Source of the DNA: Deltaproteobacteria bacterium
Lineage (GTDB): Bacteria > Desulfobacterota > GWC2-55-46 > JADFVP01
Direction of reading: 5' to 3'
Assembly (NCBI GenBank): GCA_029262515.1
Contig: JAJCZH010000029.1
Location: forward strand, 1,434-65,433
DNA: 64,000 nt
The position numbers and the translations under genes were made by a program. The notes under the pieces are model-generated. The model was given only the letters and a program-made list of their open reading frames with translations, did no database searches and was not told the DNA's origin. Numbering within the stretch: the stretch's first letter is position 1; every line of letters begins with the position of its first letter. Shown here piece by piece: positions 55,919 through 64,000 of the stretch.

Positions 55919-56956
55919 ATGTTTAGGTCTTATCTAAAAAAAGAAGATAAAGCGGCCATCAGGTCAAAAGCCGAAAGAGGTAGTGCTGCTGTATCACTAC
56001 TGGCACTGCTAACGGTAACAACGTTGTTCATCACGGGCTGCGGGCCGGGTTTTCCGATAATGACAAGCGAACAGGAATTGCTTCTCAAGAACGTCGATAC
56101 CCTTATGGAGGACCGCACAAAACTCAAAGATAAGGTCTCGGCTATAGAAGAGTCCGGGGCCGCTGCCAGCGAACTCGAAGAGACCAGGATCTCACTGGCG
56201 GATTCCAAGGCCGAGATGGGCACAATCCGTGACCAGCTCTCCTTCATTCGCAGCAGTTTTGAAGAGAGTGAACTCTCCATTGGACAACTCAAGGCTGATC
56301 TGGAGGCTGTCAACTCTAAGGTCGATACTGCCTCCGTGCGGCTCGCAGGCATTGAGTCATCGCTCAACAATGCCGTTGAACGTATAACATCGGTAAGCGC
56401 TGCATCGGAGACCGAGTCGGCACGCTCCGTCGAACTGGCAGCTACGGTCGATGAATTGAAGAACCGACTGAACTCTTTGGAACAGTTGGTAATCAGCAAT
56501 ACAAAAGCGCAGGAAGAGTTATCAAAGGCGCCGAAACAGAGCAAATCTTCTTCAGCAAAGTCTCATAAAGAGCTTCCGACTCCGAAATATCTATACGCAA
56601 AAGGGCTCAAGGAGACAAAAGCAAAAGAGTATCGCGCCGCCGCAAAGACCTTTAAAGACTTTCTGGTGAACCACTCTTCTCATGACCTGGCTGACAACGC
56701 GCAGTACTGGCTCGGAGAAATTTTCTATGATACAGGAGAGTACGAACGGGCAATTCTTGAATTCGACAAAGTCATAACCGACTACCCTAAAGGGGATAAA
56801 CGTCCGGCGGCGACCCTTAAACAGGGTTTCAGTTTTGAAAGACTCGGAGCTAAAAAAGAGGCCCGCGTACTGCTTGAAACAGTGATAGAGCTCTATCCGA
56901 AAAGCGAAGAAGCGACTATAGCGAAGAAGCGGCTGGAGAAGCTTAAGGCCAAGTAA
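55919..56956 (+). CDS. cpoB: Tol-Pal system protein CpoB/YbgF (coiled-coil plus TPR)
   Basis: Long coiled coil, then a C-terminal TPR block 'AQYWLGEIFYDTGEYERAILEF'. Confidence 0.75.
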   Translation: MFRSYLKKEDKAAIRSKAERGSAAVSLLALLTVTTLFITGCGPGFPIMTSEQELLLKNVDTLMEDRTKLKDKVSAIEESGAAASELEETRISLADSKAEMGTIRDQLSFIRSSFEESELSIGQLKADLEAVNSKVDTASVRLAGIESSLNNAVERITSVSAASETESARSVELAATVDELKNRLNSLEQLVISNTKAQEELSKAPKQSKSSSAKSHKELPTPKYLYAKGLKETKAKEYRAAAKTFKDFLVNHSSHDLADNAQYWLGEIFYDTGEYERAILEFDKVITDYPKGDKRPAATLKQGFSFERLGAKKEARVLLETVIELYPKSEEATIAKKRLEKLKAK

Positions 56957-56999
56957 ACCCACCTCAACTTGTCACCATACCAAACAACCGAGACAGATA

Positions 57000-57947
57000 A
57001 TGAGAGAAAAGTTACTTCTGGTAGACGACTCCAAGAGTGAGCGCACCTCTATCAAAAACGCCCTCAAAGATATCTTCTCCGACTTCATTGAGGCCGAAGA
57101 CGGCCTTAGCGCTATCAAAGCTTTTATCGAAGAGCAACCCGGTTTCGTCATTACCGATATTGAAATGCCCTCTATGAGCGGATACCGTTTTCTGGAAACC
57201 GTCAGGCAGATGGATGAAGGGCGTGATGTGCCGGTTATTCTGCTTTCGGCGACCAAAGACAGCCTTAAAGAGAAACTCACGGGGTTTAACCTCGGAGCGA
57301 GCGACTTTCTGATAAAACCGTTCAACGAGGAAGAGCTGGTGGCGCGCACAAAATCGCTTCTGCGCATACGCTCTCTTATGACAGAACTCAAAGAGAAGAA
57401 TATACTTCTCGAAAGGCTAGCTGTCACCGATGAGCTGACCGGACTAAACAACAGAAGACACTTCTTCGAATCGGTAAAAGAGCAGCTCGCACTTGGCCTG
57501 AGGCACAACTTTCAGATCGCCTTTATGCTGCTCGATATCGACCACTTCAAGGCGGTAAACGATACATACGGCCACCTGGCCGGTGATGAGGTACTGAGGG
57601 TTCTGGGCAAACTTCTTCTCAACGCCAAGAGAGAGGGTGAACTGTTAGCGCGTTTCGGAGGAGAAGAGTTTGTTATCTGCCTCTTCAATACCGATACCGA
57701 CAGCTCATTAAAGGCCGCGGAGCGCTTCAGAAGCATCGTCGAAGAATACGACTTCTCTTCAACAGAATTTCCGGAACTGAACAGAATAACTGTCAGCATC
57801 GGCATCTCGACCTGTTCTCAGCAGGCAACCATCGCTTCAAAGAACTCCGTAGGTATAGACGAACTTCTCAAAACAGCAGATACGGCGCTCTACCGGTCCA
57901 AGAGCGGCGGACGTAACAAGGTAACGCTTCTCGAACATACGCCATAA
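57000..57947 (+). CDS. Response regulator with a receiver domain and a GGDEF diguanylate cyclase domain
   Basis: 'LLVDDS...ITDIEMP' receiver with Asp. 'RFGGEEF' active-site motif. Confidence 0.8.
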   Translation: MREKLLLVDDSKSERTSIKNALKDIFSDFIEAEDGLSAIKAFIEEQPGFVITDIEMPSMSGYRFLETVRQMDEGRDVPVILLSATKDSLKEKLTGFNLGASDFLIKPFNEEELVARTKSLLRIRSLMTELKEKNILLERLAVTDELTGLNNRRHFFESVKEQLALGLRHNFQIAFMLLDIDHFKAVNDTYGHLAGDEVLRVLGKLLLNAKREGELLARFGGEEFVICLFNTDTDSSLKAAERFRSIVEEYDFSSTEFPELNRITVSIGISTCSQQATIASKNSVGIDELLKTADTALYRSKSGGRNKVTLLEHTP

Positions 57948-58174
57948 AGGTCAACCTATAAACGTTCTAATATCTAAACCTGACCGCACACCCGTAAGAC
58001 CTCTCAGACAAAGCTGAACAATCAACATACAAAAACCGTTCTTCCGCGCCACTGCCCCATACGGCTCTGGCTAACGCGCGATATTTGATATATACTATAG
58101 TGATTGGGTTAATCATCTCAGATGCCCTGTAGCCGTTTGGCAGGGGATATAACAGATAATTTGTGAGTTGAAAG

Positions 58175-59311
58175 GTGAACAGATCGACGGTATCCATAAT
58201 ACGCTCCGAGGAGTACGGTAAAGGGGTCTACGATAAAGTCCGGGAATCGGTAGACCTGCTCGGAGGGATCTCCAAGTTCGTTAAAAAAAACGAGCGCATA
58301 CTTATAAAACCGAACCTCTTACTCGACAAACCGGCAGATGCCGCGGTAACAACGCACCCGGATATCGTGGCGGCAACGATTCAGCTTGTCAAAGAGGCCG
58401 GCGCAACCCCTGTTGTCGGAGACAGTCCGTGTCTAAAGAGCGCGCTTAAGGTTGCCACCGGCTCCGGCATACTCGACGCCTGCAAGGCCTCGGGAACCGA
58501 ACTGATCGAATTTACGGAAAATGTTGCAATCGACAACCCCGGAGGATACCTCTTCAGGCGTCTTGAAATATCGAAAGAGGTGCTCGCATTCGACGGTATC
58601 ATCAACCTTCCAAAGCTCAAGACCCATGCCCAGATGTTTCTTACTCTCGGTATAAAGAACCTCTTCGGCTGCGTGGCCGGCAAGGCTAAACCCCAATGGC
58701 ACTTTAGCGCGGGAGCCGACTCCCAATCTTTTGCCGCCATGATACTCGACCTCCACCTCTTTTTAAACCCCAGGCTCAATATAATGGACGGCATAGTAGG
58801 CATGGAGGGCAACGGCCCCGGAAGCGGAGACCCAAAAGAGATAGGCCTTGTACTCGCTTCGAGCGATGCAGTTGCCATGGACACGGTAATCACCGAAATT
58901 CTCGGTGCCGACCCCGAGGCCCCGCCGATACAACGTGTGGCATCTGGCTGGGAACTGCCGGGGTCACGGCTCTCTAACATACAGGTTCTGGGCGAAAAAA
59001 TTTCCGAAGTAAAGATCGAATCCTTCAACTTCCCCCCGCTTGTCCATACGAACTTTGCGGACAAGCTGCCGTACTTCCTGGAGAGCAGGCTGCGCAAGGC
59101 CATTACCACCAGGCCGCATGTCAACAACAAGAGTTGCACGCTCTGCAACCGCTGCCTCAACATCTGTCCCGCAACCGTTATGAGCAGCACCAACAAGATA
59201 CGTATCGATTACAACGAGTGCATCCGTTGCTACTGCTGCCAGGAGGCATGTCCTGAAGGGGCCATCTCACCGAAAGACGGGTGGCTCAAAAAAATTATTC
59301 CGGGCCTTTAG
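58175..59311 (+). CDS. DUF362-domain protein with a C-terminal 2x[4Fe-4S] ferredoxin-like region (GTG start)
   Basis: 'CTLCNRCLNICP' and 'CIRCYCCQEACP' cluster motifs. Confidence 0.55.
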   Translation: MNRSTVSIIRSEEYGKGVYDKVRESVDLLGGISKFVKKNERILIKPNLLLDKPADAAVTTHPDIVAATIQLVKEAGATPVVGDSPCLKSALKVATGSGILDACKASGTELIEFTENVAIDNPGGYLFRRLEISKEVLAFDGIINLPKLKTHAQMFLTLGIKNLFGCVAGKAKPQWHFSAGADSQSFAAMILDLHLFLNPRLNIMDGIVGMEGNGPGSGDPKEIGLVLASSDAVAMDTVITEILGADPEAPPIQRVASGWELPGSRLSNIQVLGEKISEVKIESFNFPPLVHTNFADKLPYFLESRLRKAITTRPHVNNKSCTLCNRCLNICPATVMSSTNKIRIDYNECIRCYCCQEACPEGAISPKDGWLKKIIPGL

Positions 59312-59406
59312 CTTAAGCGCAATGTCGAGCCGGACTCGGAAGCGCCAAGAGTCCTGCCCGGCACAGGTTTTAGATATTATATAACAGTACCCTCTGGAGC
59401 GGTTTA

Positions 59407-62400
59407 TTGGGACAGAACAGAAGTAAACACAGAATACTACTCATAACCCTGCTGCTCCTCTCCGTAATCACGGCCTGTTTGGCATACTTCCTAACAACTC
59501 CCATAGACATAACCAGTTATTCAGATACCATCGCCTCGCGCATAGAGGCAAAGACCAAGGCCCGCTTCAGCGCAAAAAAGATAGTTATACGCGTGCTTCC
59601 GTCCTTCAGGCTTTCGCTCGAAGAAGTCGAGCTCTTCGAAGGTACTGAGCGTTTTCTCTATCTACAACAAGCAACTGCCACCTTCCCGATCTTCAAGCTA
59701 CTCTCCGGCACTCCAAAACCGAAGACAATCGATCTTGTAGAACCTGATATACTTATAAAACGGTACAGTAACGGCAGTCCGAACCTGGGTGCGCTTTTCA
59801 TAGCGAACATCCGCCCCAAAGGTACGCTCACAGATATGAGGCTCCGTAACGGCCGGTCAACCATAATAGACGAGACGATTGAAAGCGCAGAGCAGAGGTT
59901 CGAACTGACGGAGGTTGACTTCACCTTTGAAAAAAGACCGGACGCGGAGCTGGTCTCTTCCTTTACAGCTAAACTCGATTCCACGCCTATACAGTTAACG
60001 AGCACAGGACGGTATGAACACAAGAGACTGCGCTTTAATGGCCCTGTTACTGTAGGCACCTTCGACCTCACGCGTCTCAACCCGTACATACAACAGAACG
60101 CCCCCAAGGGCGAAATAACGGGTACCGCGTCAGCAAGGCTGACCTTCGCTTTCGACAGAGGACTTACCATTGACGGCGTACTCCATTATAACGAACTTTC
60201 AGTCAAGGCTCCCAGACTCTTTAATGAAAGAATAGCCTCAAGGTCCGGCAGCGCAAAACTTCACTTCGGGGTCGACAGCAATGAGATAATCGCTGGACTC
60301 GACGGAGTAATGTTCAAGATGGCCGGTTTTGATCTCAGCGGCGGCATGGAGGTCAGCAAACCGCTGCACGCCGGTGCGAAAGAGCGCAAACTGAAATTAA
60401 AAATCGCCACAACGCCTATTCCGTTAAAGAAGTTCAAGGCCCTGCTTCCGTCTAACCTCCTGACCGGCAAGCTTGCTGAGAAGATGGGCGGAATTAAGCC
60501 GCTTGGCGGTACCATAACCGTTGAAGAACTCTCAGTGGACGGGCGCATGAACAGCCTGCAGAACATGGGTAAGCTTGCCAAAGAGGGTAAGGTCGGGTTA
60601 CGCCTCAGACTCAATAACCTTAAATTCACGGGACGCGTTCTCAAAGAGACCTTCTCCGGCGTTAAGGGACTTATCTCACTCGAACAGGACAGGCTGAACC
60701 TAAGCGAATTCTCGGGCAACTACGGCCACGGCGTGCTCGAAGAGATGAATGCCGAAGTAACCGAACTAACAACGGAACCAAAGTATGCGGTATCCGTAAA
60801 AGCCTTCTTCGAGGCAGGCAAGACACTCGAAATTCTAAAAGCGATTTATGGCAAGAAGGGGGAACTGGCCGCAAGACGCCTTAAGTGGATCAAGGTCTCG
60901 GGTATAACCGGACTCGACCTCAAACTTATAGGTAACTTCAAAGATCTCAACCCGACCGGGTACTCTGGTAATATCCGCCTGAAAAACGCAAGCTTCGGTC
61001 ACAAAGGTTTTTTGCTCAAACTTTCAGAACTGAACGGTGAAATTGCATTCGACACCGAACGCCTGGTATTGAAGAATCTCAACGGCGAGGGCTGGGAAAG
61101 TACCTTCAACCTTAACGGAACCATACAAAGGTATCAGAAGAAGAATCCTTACCTGGACATTAAGGTAGAGGCGGAACTCGCCAGAGAGACCCTGGTAGCC
61201 ATCGCCGGAGACAACAGGCTCGAACCCCTGAGCTTTGGATCTAAAGTGCCCTTAAAGGTTGCTATCAAGGGTAATACTGCTCTTCTCAACTCCCGCGCAT
61301 CCGTTGATTTTACGGGCACTAACCTAAAATATGGCCCGTTAATAGACAAGAGCGCAGGTTACCCGTTTGCACTGGAGGCAGACCTGATTAAAGTAGAGAA
61401 CGAATCAGTCTCCGAAATAAAGATTAAGGACTTCAATATACGCACCGGAAGTTCGCGCGCCGGAGTAACCGGAGTATATAACCTGCGCACAAAATCATAT
61501 ACGGTAACCGCAGCAACGCACGACTTGCAAGTAACAGACATCGCCAGACTCACCCCGTCATTCGACTCGTCACTAACCGCTGCCGGTTCCGTCGGTTTTA
61601 GTTTTAAGGCCTCAAAAGAGGGTAAGGAGACAAAACCCCTCTACAGAGGCGTTGCAACGGTAAAAAATGCGACCTTCAGTTCAAACTATATACCGAGCCC
61701 TGTAGAGAGACTCAACTTGAGTGCTGAGTACGGCCCCGATTCTATTCGCCTCGATATAAAAGAGTTTGTCGCTGGCAGAACCGATCTCAAAGGCATTATA
61801 GAACTGAAACACGCGCTTCCCGCAGGAGTTAAAAAGAGTGCGGAAAATATCTCGAACAGGACAACACGGTTATGGGATACGGACTTCAACCTAGACGCCG
61901 CCGGTTTTTTTCTTAGCGACTTACTCTACCCGCGCGAAGAAAATGACAACGGCTCAACAAAAGACGATATTGAGGCTCTTAAGAAGAGGGGAAGCCTTCC
62001 TCTTCTTAAGAGTTTAGGGTCAGGTAAAGGCAGTATCAGCATAAAGCACGGAGCAATACGGGGTCTGACCTTTGAGGACCTGTCGACCGAGATACTTATA
62101 GATCCAAAAAAAATAAGCGCAGCTGAGGTACTGCTCCGCAAGAATAGAGGTCATGTTACGTCGTCTATAACATACTACCGTACAAAAGAGGCGCCTCTTC
62201 TCTTCGAATCAACAACAAAGATATCCCACATCGACCTTAAGCAGTTTATTGACGAACTCGGAGCCAACAAGACTATAATAGAGGGCGAGCTCTCGGCAGA
62301 CCTAAAGTTAAACGGCCTGCAGGGAACCACCCCCGTAAGCGCCGGGTTAACCGGTTCTGCACAGATGAGAGTCGGGCAGGGCAAGCTCTGGAAATTCCTT

Positions 62401-62841
62401 GTGATGAGCAAGATATTCTCTATCCTCAACATCTTCTCGATCGACGAGTTGCTCCAGCAGGGCCTTCCATACAAACGTATAACCGGGGACTTTGATATCA
62501 AGGAGGGCATAGTACGGTCAAATAATATCTACCTCGAGAGCGACACGCTGAGGATGACCGCCATGGGAGAGATCAGCATTCCGGACCAGTACATAGACTC
62601 CGTGCTCTTGCTCCACCCGTTCGTAACCATCGACAAGATAGTAACGATGATACCGCTTGCCGGTTGGATAATCGGTGGAAAAGAGAAGTCTGCGGCAAGC
62701 ATGTACTACGAAATAGTGGGGCCGTTAAAAAAACCGTACATAGACCCTGTGCCCGAAAAATCGATAAGCACAGGAGTAAAAGAGATGATGGAGCGGCTCG
62801 GAAAAGAACTTGAACTAAAAAGCGATAAAAGAAAAAAGTAG
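59407..62841 (+). CDS. Large AsmA/TamB/YhdP-like envelope biogenesis protein (1144 aa) with an N-terminal TM anchor
   Basis: Size, a single N-terminal TM helix and a β-rich repetitive body. No enzymatic motif. Confidence 0.5.
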   Translation: MGQNRSKHRILLITLLLLSVITACLAYFLTTPIDITSYSDTIASRIEAKTKARFSAKKIVIRVLPSFRLSLEEVELFEGTERFLYLQQATATFPIFKLLSGTPKPKTIDLVEPDILIKRYSNGSPNLGALFIANIRPKGTLTDMRLRNGRSTIIDETIESAEQRFELTEVDFTFEKRPDAELVSSFTAKLDSTPIQLTSTGRYEHKRLRFNGPVTVGTFDLTRLNPYIQQNAPKGEITGTASARLTFAFDRGLTIDGVLHYNELSVKAPRLFNERIASRSGSAKLHFGVDSNEIIAGLDGVMFKMAGFDLSGGMEVSKPLHAGAKERKLKLKIATTPIPLKKFKALLPSNLLTGKLAEKMGGIKPLGGTITVEELSVDGRMNSLQNMGKLAKEGKVGLRLRLNNLKFTGRVLKETFSGVKGLISLEQDRLNLSEFSGNYGHGVLEEMNAEVTELTTEPKYAVSVKAFFEAGKTLEILKAIYGKKGELAARRLKWIKVSGITGLDLKLIGNFKDLNPTGYSGNIRLKNASFGHKGFLLKLSELNGEIAFDTERLVLKNLNGEGWESTFNLNGTIQRYQKKNPYLDIKVEAELARETLVAIAGDNRLEPLSFGSKVPLKVAIKGNTALLNSRASVDFTGTNLKYGPLIDKSAGYPFALEADLIKVENESVSEIKIKDFNIRTGSSRAGVTGVYNLRTKSYTVTAATHDLQVTDIARLTPSFDSSLTAAGSVGFSFKASKEGKETKPLYRGVATVKNATFSSNYIPSPVERLNLSAEYGPDSIRLDIKEFVAGRTDLKGIIELKHALPAGVKKSAENISNRTTRLWDTDFNLDAAGFFLSDLLYPREENDNGSTKDDIEALKKRGSLPLLKSLGSGKGSISIKHGAIRGLTFEDLSTEILIDPKKISAAEVLLRKNRGHVTSSITYYRTKEAPLLFESTTKISHIDLKQFIDELGANKTIIEGELSADLKLNGLQGTTPVSAGLTGSAQMRVGQGKLWKFLVMSKIFSILNIFSIDELLQQGLPYKRITGDFDIKEGIVRSNNIYLESDTLRMTAMGEISIPDQYIDSVLLLHPFVTIDKIVTMIPLAGWIIGGKEKSAASMYYEIVGPLKKPYIDPVPEKSISTGVKEMMERLGKELELKSDKRKK

Positions 62842-62857
62842 TTGAAAGGGTTTTTAT

Positions 62858-63613
62858 ATGGGTTTCTGGAACAGACTTAAAGCGCAGTGGTACGCCGAGG
62901 GCGTAAAGCACTCTACGCTTGGACGTATTGCCGTGCCTTTTATTATTGAACACTCCAAAGGAGCTCGCAGTTATCTTGATATCGGCTCTGGCTGCGGAAC
63001 GCTTGCCATTCCTCTTGCTGCCGCCGAAAAGAGAGTAACCGCGCTCGACTCTTCAGAGGCCATGATAGAGTTGCTTGAACAAGAGATCAGACGCAAAAAG
63101 CTTGCAGGCATCAAAACCATAAACCGGCAATGGGGCAGTGGTGTGGTTAAACCGCACGACGTTGTTATCTGCTCAAATATACCGGCTCTCGTAAAGGAAC
63201 GCCCGGAGTTCCTGGATGAGGTCCTGGCCCTTGCGCGTAAATACGTCTTCATCATAGAGAGCGCCGGCCCGGACGCCGACAAGTTCTACTACAAGGAACT
63301 CTACCCTCTGCTCTTCAACCGTGAGTTTCCACCAAGGCGCGACTACATCTCAACCTATTCGAGGCTCCACGCCATGGGTATCTACGCAAACGTGCAGGTC
63401 ATAGAGTATGACTTCGACCAACCGTTCGGCAGTATCGACGAAGCGATCGACTTCTGGAAGGAGTATCTCGGAATAGTAACCTCGGAACATGATGAGGTGC
63501 TCAAGAAATTTCTCAAGAAGAAATTACTTAAGAGAAAAAAAGGATTGGTCGCACCGTTTAGAAAAAGGTCCGCCTTAACATGGTGGAAGCAGACGGAACA
63601 GAAAAAAAGTTGA
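62858..63613 (+). CDS. Class I SAM-dependent methyltransferase
   Basis: 'YLDIGSGCGTLAIPLA' motif I and 'VVICSNI' motif. Confidence 0.65.
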   Translation: MGFWNRLKAQWYAEGVKHSTLGRIAVPFIIEHSKGARSYLDIGSGCGTLAIPLAAAEKRVTALDSSEAMIELLEQEIRRKKLAGIKTINRQWGSGVVKPHDVVICSNIPALVKERPEFLDEVLALARKYVFIIESAGPDADKFYYKELYPLLFNREFPPRRDYISTYSRLHAMGIYANVQVIEYDFDQPFGSIDEAIDFWKEYLGIVTSEHDEVLKKFLKKKLLKRKKGLVAPFRKRSALTWWKQTEQKKS

Positions 63614-63654
63614 AACGCAGCACCAGCGTACCACCCATAACGCCAATGCATACT

Positions 63655-63684
63655 GTTAGTTTTATTCATAACGTATGGTATAAT
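63655..63684 (+). promoter_or_regulatory. Putative promoter with an extended -10 (TGgTATAAT)
   Basis: 'ttagtt' -35, 17-bp spacer, then 'tggtataat' read directly from the sequence. Precedes the ORF at 63776. Confidence 0.35.
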
Positions 63685-63775
63685 ACTTTCCGGTTCAAAC
63701 AGTCGATATTATAGAATTTATACTCTACAGGCCTCTATATAGTTATAAAATACCTGTACAGGGAAAGAAGCGCTC

Positions 63776-64000
63776 ATGAGTAACGATCCTAAAAACATCG
63801 ACTCAAAGAACCTGGCCCACAAGAACTCATACACAGACCAGTTCCTCTCGATACTCACGCACTACCCCGGTATCGCTTACCTTCAGGCACAAGACTACTC
63901 CATACGCTTTGCAAACTCTAAGTTCATAGAACAGTACGGTGAGCCCGGCGACAAGACCTGTTACGACGTTATATGGGGCCGCACAGAACCGTGCGACGAC
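63776..64000 (+). CDS. 5' part of an unidentified ORF, truncated by the window end
   Basis: ATG at 63776 with an open frame to the window edge ('MSNDPKNIDSKNLAHK...'). Confidence 0.35.
   Translation, partial: MSNDPKNIDSKNLAHKNSYTDQFLSILTHYPGIAYLQAQDYSIRFANSKFIEQYGEPGDKTCYDVIWGRTEPCDD

Noticed and set aside
1-64000. CRISPR arrays or rRNA genes
   Set aside because: No regularly spaced direct repeats of 25-40 bp with unique spacers were seen, and no rRNA-like conserved stretches. The only repeats are the junction repeats at 11.6-13.7 kb and the rho terminators.

Overview
The window splits into two parts.

Part 1, about 1-18.2 kb: the right-hand portion of an integrated mobile element inserted at a tRNA-Asn(GTT) gene (18141-18217, minus strand).
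- A tyrosine integrase (16929-17993) sits next to the tRNA, which is the usual attR-side arrangement.
- Reading leftward from the integrase there is a PEP-CTERM secreted cargo protein, then an AT-rich cassette array (about 12.4-15.65 kb). In the array a 47-49 aa zinc-ribbon gene occurs three times, interleaved with two low-GC cargo genes: a 300 aa protein with an RNxxxH (HEPN-like) motif, and a 486 aa KAP-like P-loop NTPase with Walker A and B motifs and a 'RPRD' motif. Recombination scars around the array share a 'GGATCTATGA' junction.
- Further left: secreted and membrane small proteins, a LexA/CI-type S24 repressor divergent from a cro-position gene, a second CI-like HTH repressor, an excisionase-like HTH gene, a serine recombinase, a Cys-rich zinc-finger protein and a CHC2/Toprim primase.
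- No capsid, terminase or tail genes are visible, so this looks more like a phage-satellite or integrative defense island than a complete prophage. Its left end (attL) lies outside the window.

Part 2, about 18.3-64 kb: ordinary chromosomal housekeeping genes at moderate-to-high GC.
- Most of 20.4-48 kb is on the minus strand: metF, purQ/purS/purC, a glyoxalase, purB, comEA, a citramalate/isopropylmalate synthase, lysC, lpdA, tsaE, nnr, acpS, pdxJ, glmM, folP, ftsH, a YihY-family protein, der, era, a GT-C-like membrane protein, rho with tandem terminators, coaE, pgeF, rluD and a GntR regulator.
- Then crcB, a complete tolQ-tolR-tolA-tolB-pal-cpoB cluster, a REC-GGDEF response regulator, a DUF362 Fe-S protein, a 1144 aa AsmA/TamB-like protein and a SAM methyltransferase.

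The most interesting candidate for a new system is the AT-rich zinc-ribbon/HEPN-like/KAP-NTPase cassette array inside the satellite-like island. No CRISPR array or rRNA was seen.
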